Part shown: one piece after another, positions 56,872-64,000 of the stretch
Numbering within the stretch: position 1 is the stretch's first letter
Layout of the letters: each line of letters begins with the position of its first letter
Assembly (NCBI RefSeq): GCF_944388875.1
Contig: NZ_CALXKQ010000011.1
Span: forward strand, 13,073-77,072
DNA from: an uncultured Brachyspira sp.
GTDB lineage: Bacteria; Spirochaetota; Brachyspiria; Brachyspirales; Brachyspiraceae
DNA length: 64,000 nucleotides
Direction: 5' to 3'
Notes under the pieces: generated by a model
What the model saw: only the letters and a program-made list of their open reading frames with translations
Database searches by the model: none
What the model was told of the DNA's origin: nothing
Translations under genes and position numbers: made by a program

Positions 56872-58743
56872 ATGAATAAAAATATTAAAGTAAATATAAA
56901 CTCAAATATTTTAAGATATAAAAATATATTGGCTATACCTTCTATACATTCAAGGGTATATTTTTCTATGGCTGTAAGAGAGGCTTTTGAAGAGTTTAAA
57001 CCAGATATCATAGCTGTTGAGCATCCTGCTAATTTTACCGATTCATTGCGTGAAGCTGTAAGCAGACTTCCTTTTATAAGTTTAATTATAAGAGAAATAA
57101 ATAATGAAGCTGTATATATACCTATAGATCCTTGCGATTCTATAATAGAAGCTGTTAGGCTTGCAATAGATGAAGAGATTCCATTCTTTCCTATTGATAA
57201 AGATATTACTTCAATTAATTCTAATTCGCATTATCTTATGCCTGATGATTATGTTATGAAAAGTATAGGGCTTGAAAAATTTTATGAAGAGGTAAAATCA
57301 AAATATATATTCCATAAAGATTATACAGATGAAGAGCGGGAAATATATATGGCTAAAAATCTGCATGAACTATCAAAAAAATATAATAAAATTCTTCTTG
57401 TTATAGGTATGTCCCATTGGGAGAATATGGTTTCTATTCTAAAGAGATTGGATGAAAAAAAAGAAATAAAAGAGTATATAAATAAAAGTAATGATGATGA
57501 ATATGAAGAACCTAAAATATACAATGTACATAAAGAATCTTTAAATAAGATGCTTGGAGAGTTTCCATTTACAACGTATATGTATGAACTATACAGAAAT
57601 GGAGAATTAGAAAACTTTGATAAAATAAATATAATAGAAACAATATTCAGAGAAGCAAAATTAAGATATAAACTTCCTATATCAATACTTCAGCAGAAGA
57701 ATATGATGAAATATTTGAGAAATTTATGCCTTCTTGATAATTATATAATACCTGATTATATAGATATGCTCACAGCAGCTAAATGTATGATAAATAATGA
57801 TTATGCTTTGGAAGTTATGCAGGGAATGGAATACTATCCGCATTATAATGAAGAGGATGAAAACTATCCTACCATAAAATTAAACAGAGATCCTAGTACA
57901 AATGGTATGGAGGGTTTGCTTAAAGATAAAAAAATAAAACTTCATCAGTATGATAATGTATGGAAAACTTCTTTTAAGCAGGTTCATGTTACAACGCGTC
58001 CTAGAGAAAAGTATGATGGAGAATGGGAGGATGTTTGGAATAAGAGAACCAATTTACTTTCCCATGTTCCTGAAGACATACTTATGGAAAAACACATGAA
58101 TATACTTAGGGACAAAATAAGAAACATGCTTACAGAAGATAAAGCAAAAATTGAACCGTTTACAGTGAGTATAAAAGACGGTATTGATATGCGTGAAACT
58201 ATAAGAAATTATTATAAAAATGAAATATATGTTAAAGAGATTCCTAAAATCAAAGGAAATATAGGACACATGGTTGTTATTTTTGATGATGAACATGATG
58301 ATGATTATGATTGGAATATAGTATGGTACAGCGAAGCACATGATGACAGCGATTTAATACTATATTCTACAGAACCAGGAAATACTCTTGTAGGACCTGG
58401 AATATCTAAATGCTATTTCGGAGGATATGCTTCTTTAATGCCGCCTCAGGCTCCTCATGATGTTTGGAGTATATATACTCAATTAAAAAAAGAAGGTATT
58501 GTAAGAAACTATGCTGATCTTCTGCTTTATACTGCTATAATATATTCTGTGGACAAATATTTAGGCTATGTTGCTCCTACTCCTCCTTCAAGCATATTAA
58601 AAGAGTTTGCAAAACAAAACTCGGTTGAAATAGTCTATGTACCACTAACCACATTTTCAAGCGAAACTCTAAGAAAACTAAGACATTTTCATGTACTTGG
58701 AAATAAGAGGCTTAGAAAAATTGCTGATGATTATATAATATAA
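56872..58743 (+). CDS. Conserved hypothetical protein; TraB/YehM-like N-terminus and CoxE/vWA-like C-terminus
   Basis: IPSIHSR...PDIIAVEHP N-terminus; DGIDMRETIRN...MVVIFD C-terminal segment. Confidence 0.6.
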   Translation: MNKNIKVNINSNILRYKNILAIPSIHSRVYFSMAVREAFEEFKPDIIAVEHPANFTDSLREAVSRLPFISLIIREINNEAVYIPIDPCDSIIEAVRLAIDEEIPFFPIDKDITSINSNSHYLMPDDYVMKSIGLEKFYEEVKSKYIFHKDYTDEEREIYMAKNLHELSKKYNKILLVIGMSHWENMVSILKRLDEKKEIKEYINKSNDDEYEEPKIYNVHKESLNKMLGEFPFTTYMYELYRNGELENFDKINIIETIFREAKLRYKLPISILQQKNMMKYLRNLCLLDNYIIPDYIDMLTAAKCMINNDYALEVMQGMEYYPHYNEEDENYPTIKLNRDPSTNGMEGLLKDKKIKLHQYDNVWKTSFKQVHVTTRPREKYDGEWEDVWNKRTNLLSHVPEDILMEKHMNILRDKIRNMLTEDKAKIEPFTVSIKDGIDMRETIRNYYKNEIYVKEIPKIKGNIGHMVVIFDDEHDDDYDWNIVWYSEAHDDSDLILYSTEPGNTLVGPGISKCYFGGYASLMPPQAPHDVWSIYTQLKKEGIVRNYADLLLYTAIIYSVDKYLGYVAPTPPSSILKEFAKQNSVEIVYVPLTTFSSETLRKLRHFHVLGNKRLRKIADDYII

Positions 58744-58749
58744 AATTTT

Positions 58750-59247
58750 TTAACTGAATTTATATTCTCTTTTTTCATTAAAAGAAGAAGTATTTCCGCT
58801 TTCTATATGTTTATCCATTAAAATATTTACTATCTCATCTGCCCTATTATTTTCTTTATTATTAGAATGCCCTTTTACTTTTACAAAATCTATATTATGT
58901 TTTTTTGATAATTCTATTAATTTTAACCAATATTCTTTATTTTCAACTGGCTTTTTATCGCTTTTTATCCAATTATTTTTCTGCCAAGAATATATCCATT
59001 TAGTCATTCCATTTATTAAATAAGCACTGTCGCTGTAAAGTTTAATATTATGAGAATGTTTTAATCTTTCAAGTGCCTTAATAGCAGCCTTCATCTCCAT
59101 TCTATTATTTGTGGTATTCTCTTCACTTTCACCTATTTCAAGACGAAGATTATGCTTCTCACTTATAAGAATAGCAGCCCAAGCACCAAGACCTGGATTT
59201 CCCCTGCATCCACCGTCTGTATATATAATTATATCATCTTTTGTCAT
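58750..59247 (-). CDS. rnhA: Ribonuclease HI
   Basis: YTDGGCRGNPG, TTNNRMEM, SDSAY, VKGHS, NNRADE. Confidence 0.96.
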   Translation of the reverse strand: MTKDDIIIYTDGGCRGNPGLGAWAAILISEKHNLRLEIGESEENTTNNRMEMKAAIKALERLKHSHNIKLYSDSAYLINGMTKWIYSWQKNNWIKSDKKPVENKEYWLKLIELSKKHNIDFVKVKGHSNNKENNRADEIVNILMDKHIESGNTSSFNEKREYKFS

Positions 59248-59250
59248 AAA

Positions 59251-60273
59251 TTATGAACACAGTAAATTAACTAATTTATTATTTATTTCTTCTATCAGTT
59301 TTTCTTTAGTATAATCTTTTTTAAGTACAGAAAAACCAGAAGCCTTAGGATGTCCACCGCCTCCAAAACTCTCAGCCACTTCTCTAATATCTTTAGAACA
59401 TCTGCTTCTAATGCTTACCCTAAAATTATCATCACCTTCATGAATAATAAATCCAATAAGCACATCTTCCATCTGTATAAGAGTATCTGAAGCACTTACA
59501 CCAAGTTCTTTTATACTGGTACCGCAAATAGTATCTTCAAGGCATATATAACCTATTTTGTTATCATAGTCTATTACCATTCTTCTGTATATTTCCATTA
59601 AAGCAGCAACATCATTTTTAGTATATCTCTTTCTAACAATATTACCTAAATTTTCCTGTATAATTCCTATGCTCATCAATTTGGAACCATAAAGCAATGT
59701 TCTCTCTGTAGTATTACTAAATATAAAACTTCCAGTATCAGTACAAATACCGCTATAAAGCAAAGTAGCTATAGTAGAATCAAATTTTTCTAAATAATCC
59801 TGAAATATATCAACTATTATCTCACATGTAGCACCAGCTTTTATATCATCATAAAACATAGTAACACCTTTAATGTTTCTTACTTTATGATGATCTATAA
59901 ATATTACTTCATTATATTTATCTGTAATATCAGCAATCCACCCTATTCTCTCTATATCTCCAGAATCAAGTATAATTAAAACATCTTTTTTAGGAAGATT
60001 ATTTTCATTAACTTCGAAAATTACTCTATCAACAAATAAAATATTTTTCAAATCTCTTTGAATTTTATCAGTATTTACAACTGTACAATCCTTATTAAAA
60101 ATATTTTTTATAAGTAAAGATAAAGCCAAACCAGAACATATACAATCACAATCTGGATTTCTATGTCCTGTAATTGTTATATTATCCGCTTTTGATATTC
60201 TTTCTAATATTTGATTTTTTTCAACTTTAGGAAATATACTATTTTCCTGTTTATAAGTTTCTGTAACAGACAT
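59251..60273 (-). CDS. nrnA: DHH/DHHA1 phosphoesterase (NrnA-like oligoribonuclease/pAp phosphatase)
   Basis: GHRNPDCD, LDSG, IDHH, DTGSF, SIRS, GGGGHPKASG; adjacent to rbfA. Confidence 0.85.
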   Translation of the reverse strand: MSVTETYKQENSIFPKVEKNQILERISKADNITITGHRNPDCDCICSGLALSLLIKNIFNKDCTVVNTDKIQRDLKNILFVDRVIFEVNENNLPKKDVLIILDSGDIERIGWIADITDKYNEVIFIDHHKVRNIKGVTMFYDDIKAGATCEIIVDIFQDYLEKFDSTIATLLYSGICTDTGSFIFSNTTERTLLYGSKLMSIGIIQENLGNIVRKRYTKNDVAALMEIYRRMVIDYDNKIGYICLEDTICGTSIKELGVSASDTLIQMEDVLIGFIIHEGDDNFRVSIRSRCSKDIREVAESFGGGGHPKASGFSVLKKDYTKEKLIEEINNKLVNLLCS

Positions 60274-60291
60274 CTAAAATCCTTTAAACAT

Positions 60292-60651
60292 TTAATTATC
60301 TAAATCAGGAATATCTAAATTTTTTATATCAGTTAATACTTTATTAGTTTCTATTAAATTTTTATCATAATGGAATGTCAAATTAGGAACATATCTAATA
60401 GTAAGCTGTTTTTTAAGATAAGAAAATATGACACCCTTAGCACTATTAAGCCCATTTAAAACTTCATTTTGCTTATCTTCATGCAAACATACAAAATACA
60501 CTTTAGCATTTTTCAAATCTTTAGAAGTATCTACTTTTGTAATGGTAACAAGATTATTTTTAATTCTAGGATCTTCTATCTCCCTCATAATTATTATAGA
60601 GAGAGTTTGTTTAATATTTTCATTTACCCTAAGTATTCTATGAGATGACAT
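60292..60651 (-). CDS. rbfA: Ribosome-binding factor A
   Basis: HRILRV, DPRI, VTITKVDTSKDLKNAKVY, RYVPNLTFHYD. Confidence 0.95.
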   Translation of the reverse strand: MSSHRILRVNENIKQTLSIIIMREIEDPRIKNNLVTITKVDTSKDLKNAKVYFVCLHEDKQNEVLNGLNSAKGVIFSYLKKQLTIRYVPNLTFHYDKNLIETNKVLTDIKNLDIPDLDN

Positions 60652-60657
60652 AAATAA

Positions 60658-61137
60658 TTATTTCACTATAGCGTTATTAATAGTATTAGTCAAATCATCA
60701 AGTTCATCTTTAATAAATACCTTATCTATATCTACCAAAATTATCATTTGCTCATTTGCTTTAACTAAGCCCATTATATATCTGCTGTCTATACCAACAT
60801 GCATATCTATATCTTCCTGAATATTTTCACTATTAATGGTAAGAACATCAGATACAGAGTCAACAACTAAGCCGTATTTTTTATCGCCTATAGCAACAAC
60901 AACAATAACACAATTTTCAGGGTTCATAGGCTCATCAAAATGAAATCTAGCTCTTAAATCTATAACAAGGATAATAGTACCTCTCAAATTAATAATACCT
61001 TTTAAATATTCCGGACAATTCGGTATAGGCGAAGGCAGCATAAAATTTAATATTTCCTGAACTTTAAGAATATCTATTCCATATAATTCATTATTTATCT
61101 TAAATACAAGTATTTGATTTGATATAGCACTACTCAT
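60658..61137 (-). CDS. cheW: Chemotaxis coupling protein CheW
   Basis: LVFKINNELYGIDILKVQEI, GIINLRGTII, GLVVDSVSDV. Confidence 0.95.
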   Translation of the reverse strand: MSSAISNQILVFKINNELYGIDILKVQEILNFMLPSPIPNCPEYLKGIINLRGTIILVIDLRARFHFDEPMNPENCVIVVVAIGDKKYGLVVDSVSDVLTINSENIQEDIDMHVGIDSRYIMGLVKANEQMIILVDIDKVFIKDELDDLTNTINNAIVK

Positions 61138-61485
61138 GTTAACTCCTTAAAATTATACCAGTAAATTATAATATATAATAGCTATAAGTCAAGTAATTTA
61201 TTTCTACTTATTATTATATAATATAATATAATTAACAAAAATACAATCATATTTAAAAATTAATATTGAATTTTTATTAATATTTAAAAATATAAGAAAA
61301 TTTTAGAATTTAAAATTATTATTTTTATATTTTTATAATGTAGTTTTAAGCTGTATTACAATCTGTTAAATAAACAATATATTCTATAATTTTACATAAA
61401 TAAAATAAAAACTAATATTATAACATTGATATTTTATTTAAATAACTTATTATATTTTTTATTATTTTTTTATAAAGGACTTTTT

Positions 61486-62553
61486 ATGAATGATATTTTA
61501 AACCTGATGAAAGATTTAACTAATGCATTCGGACCTTCTGGATTTGAGGATGATGTCATAGAAATTATAAGAAAAAACACATCATTTATAGATAATGAAA
61601 GAGATTCTATAAACAATTTATATTTGGGACTTCAGAAAATTGATAAAAATAAACCTATAATAGGACTAGATTGTCATATAGATGAATTAGGTTTTATGAT
61701 AGAACATATAAATACAAACGGAACATTATCTTTTATACCATTAGGAGGATGGCATATACCTAATATAGTTTCAAACTCTGTTGTGATAAAGTCATCAAGC
61801 GGAGAATATGTTAAAGGAGTTATAGGTTCAAAACCGCCTCATTTTATGACGGATGAAGATAAAAGAAGACTGCCATCTTTACAGGATTTATATATAGATG
61901 TAGGAACTAGAAGCAAAGAAGAAACAGAGAAAATATTTGGTATATGTATAGGAGATACAGCTGTACCTGATGTTGAATTCAGATATGATGACAGAACAAA
62001 AAGTATATGTGCTAAGGCAATAGATAATAGAGTTGGAGCTTTATGCGTTATAGAAACTTTAAAGGCTTTAAAAGATGAAAAACTGGATGTTAATTTAGTT
62101 GGAATGATGACAGCTCAGGAAGAAGTGGGAGCTAGAGGAGCTTCTGTAGCTTCTAATAAAGTAAAGCCAGATTTGGTTATAGTATTTGAAGGCTCTCCTG
62201 CTGATGATACATTCTATTACGGAGATAGATCTCATGGTGCTATAGGAAGAGGATCTCAGCTTAGAGTAATTGACGGAGGTATGATAACTAATCCTAGACT
62301 AAATAAATATACTATAGAAATAGCTAAAAAAAATAATATAGCTCATCAGGTTATTGTACGTGAAAAAGGTTCTACTAATGGTGCTGTTTATCATAAAACT
62401 AATTTAGATACTCCAAGCGTAGTATTGGGTGTAGCAACTAGGTATGCACATAGTCATTACTGTTATGCTTCTTATGATGATATAATATCTTCTATTAATA
62501 TAGCAAAAGAATTAATAAAAACTCTAAACAAAGAAAAAATAAAAGAGTTTTAA
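61486..62553 (+). CDS. M42-family metalloaminopeptidase
   Basis: GPSGFED, CHIDELG, KAIDNRVG, QEEVGARG, TRYAHS; AAAGGA RBS before the ATG at 61486. Confidence 0.9.
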   Translation: MNDILNLMKDLTNAFGPSGFEDDVIEIIRKNTSFIDNERDSINNLYLGLQKIDKNKPIIGLDCHIDELGFMIEHINTNGTLSFIPLGGWHIPNIVSNSVVIKSSSGEYVKGVIGSKPPHFMTDEDKRRLPSLQDLYIDVGTRSKEETEKIFGICIGDTAVPDVEFRYDDRTKSICAKAIDNRVGALCVIETLKALKDEKLDVNLVGMMTAQEEVGARGASVASNKVKPDLVIVFEGSPADDTFYYGDRSHGAIGRGSQLRVIDGGMITNPRLNKYTIEIAKKNNIAHQVIVREKGSTNGAVYHKTNLDTPSVVLGVATRYAHSHYCYASYDDIISSINIAKELIKTLNKEKIKEF

Positions 62554-62568
62554 TTCTACAAATAAAGC

Positions 62569-62603
62569 AAGAATGGTATTAAAAATATAATACCATTCTT
62601 TTT
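62569..62603. terminator. Bidirectional intrinsic terminator
   Basis: AAGAATGGTATT-loop-AATACCATTCTT followed by a T run. Confidence 0.8.
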
Positions 62604-62614
62604 ATAATCAATTA

Positions 62615-64000
62615 CTACTCATTAAATGTTTTTATAATTTCTGAATACTGTCTGAATCTTAATAATCTGAATTTATAATTATAATTCCTTAATACTTCTT
62701 CAGCTCTCTTTATAAACTCATCCTGATTGTATAAAAGCAAATCTATATATCCTCCAACTACTCCAAAGGCATTACCTAATATTATACCTATTTCCTTACC
62801 GCTTTCCTTTTTGCCCATAATATTTTCAAGTTCATCTGTAATTTTATTTCTTTCATCAAGAAGTTTTTTATTTATATTTTCATCATTAAAACCATTCTCT
62901 TCATTATCTGCAAATACATAGGCTAAATATACAGCTCTTGCTCCCATTTTTGAAATATTAACAACCGCATCTACATTATAATTAGCATAATCACTAATAA
63001 GCTCCATATAACAAGTATTTCCAATGAATATATCTTCTCTAAAGAAATTGTCTGTAGGTTTACACTCATAAACTGTATATTTATTTATAGGATCTATAAC
63101 AATATCTTTATTTTTACTTTTTAAAGTATCTGTTATAAAGTCATAAAGTTTTGTAAGCTCTATCATATTATCAAGTCTTTTATCACTTTTTTCAATATTT
63201 CCTAATAAATATAATTTTAATATATTCTCACCTACTGCATGTTCAAGCATTATATAAAAAGCATTATATGCATAATCTTCTTCTAATTCATTTAATTTTT
63301 TATTATAGAATTTCAAATTAAAAAAATTAGTATTATCATCATATTCAGCATATACTAAAATTTCTTTAAAGCTTAAATCTTTATTATACATTTTAAAATT
63401 AGAATTAGTTATATCTTGCTTTGGAATATAAGGAAAGAATTTCCATTTGCTTTTTAATTTCTCAGGCATAGCGGATACTACTCTAGGAGTAAGATAAAAT
63501 AAATATTCCTTACCTTCTACAGTAAATGTAAACTCATAATCACCGCCGAAATTAAACTGCAAATTGTTTGATATTAATGCTGCACCATCAGAAACAAATT
63601 CAACTATTTCCTCTGATGTCATATCAGATTTTTTATCTATAAAATCAGATATAACTTTCTCATTTTCTTCAAACCATTTCCAAAATCTATTAACTCTCTC
63701 TTCAAAATTAATTCCATCATCTATGTCTTCTGAACAAAGCATATAAAAATTATAAGCATCAATATCTTCATTATTTAAATCATAAGCCTTTTTAAAATAA
63801 TTTTCTGCTATTTCTTTATCTCCTTTATAATAATAAGCATAACCTACCCTATAATTCCATAAAGCATCATCAATCCCCTCTTCTCTTATATACATTAAAT
63901 TATCTAATGCCTCATCATATTTTTCAACATTGTTATAAGCTCTGGCAAGCAGGCTTAAAATCTCTGAATTTCTTTCTTCACTTGGAATAGAAATTATAAT
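62615..64000 (-). CDS. TPR-containing protein, C-terminal part (start lies beyond the window)
   Basis: Frame is open from 64000: IIISIPSEERNSEILSLLARAYNNVEKYDEALDNLMYIREEGIDDALWNYRVGYAYYYKG...; TPR followed by an uncharacterised RVNRFWKWF domain. Confidence 0.75.
   Translation of the reverse strand: MIISIPSEERNSEILSLLARAYNNVEKYDEALDNLMYIREEGIDDALWNYRVGYAYYYKGDKEIAENYFKKAYDLNNEDIDAYNFYMLCSEDIDDGINFEERVNRFWKWFEENEKVISDFIDKKSDMTSEEIVEFVSDGAALISNNLQFNFGGDYEFTFTVEGKEYLFYLTPRVVSAMPEKLKSKWKFFPYIPKQDITNSNFKMYNKDLSFKEILVYAEYDDNTNFFNLKFYNKKLNELEEDYAYNAFYIMLEHAVGENILKLYLLGNIEKSDKRLDNMIELTKLYDFITDTLKSKNKDIVIDPINKYTVYECKPTDNFFREDIFIGNTCYMELISDYANYNVDAVVNISKMGARAVYLAYVFADNEENGFNDENINKKLLDERNKITDELENIMGKKESGKEIGIILGNAFGVVGGYIDLLLYNQDEFIKRAEEVLRNYNYKFRLLRFRQYSEIIKTFNE

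Noticed and set aside
61426-61485. Hydrophobic N-terminal extension on the M42 peptidase suggesting a membrane anchor
   Set aside because: RBS precedes the ATG at 61486; the extension is T-rich intergenic DNA read from a TTG
2238-63746. Many short ORFs overlapping or antisense to long genes (e.g. 2549-2737, 4190-4429, 11208-11555, 15563-16063, 40858-41157, 48465-48974, 56156-56563)
   Set aside because: No RBS or motifs, low-complexity Ser/Ile/Phe composition typical of reverse-frame artefacts in AT-rich DNA

Overview
AT-rich (roughly 27% GC) spirochete chromosome segment. Gene content and protein style point to Brachyspira (inference). Two flagellar operons lie on the minus strand: fliF-fliG-fliH-fliI-fliJ-slt and fliP-fliQ-fliR-flhB-flhA-(unannotated 57-aa ORF)-flhF-flhG-flgV-like-fliA-fapA. 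Housekeeping genes include tRNA-Thr(GGT), pncC/cinA, yggS, tsaB, selU/mnmH, trpS, dnaE, hom, a ferredoxin missed by the ORF track, recO, PBP1A, rnhA, nrnA-like DHH and rbfA; an MCP and cheW are also present. Accessory content includes a HEPN-MNT toxin-antitoxin pair, an Asp-box glycosidase-like gene, an OGG2-type glycosylase, a YhaO/YhaN-like nuclease-ATPase pair, two tandem DUF285-repeat/DUF4132 fusion genes (the first split by a -1 frameshift) and a META-domain gene with a decayed paralog. The most interesting signal is in the flhA-fliA operon. It encodes a stand-alone microprotein resembling the FlhF N-terminal domain, and a 2-TM FlgV-like protein whose C-terminus closely mimics the FliF C-terminal FliG-binding helix. 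Together they suggest an uncharacterised pair of FliG/C-ring-binding modulators. No CRISPR array, rRNA, integrase or transposase was seen. All family assignments come from motif recognition by eye; no database searches were run.
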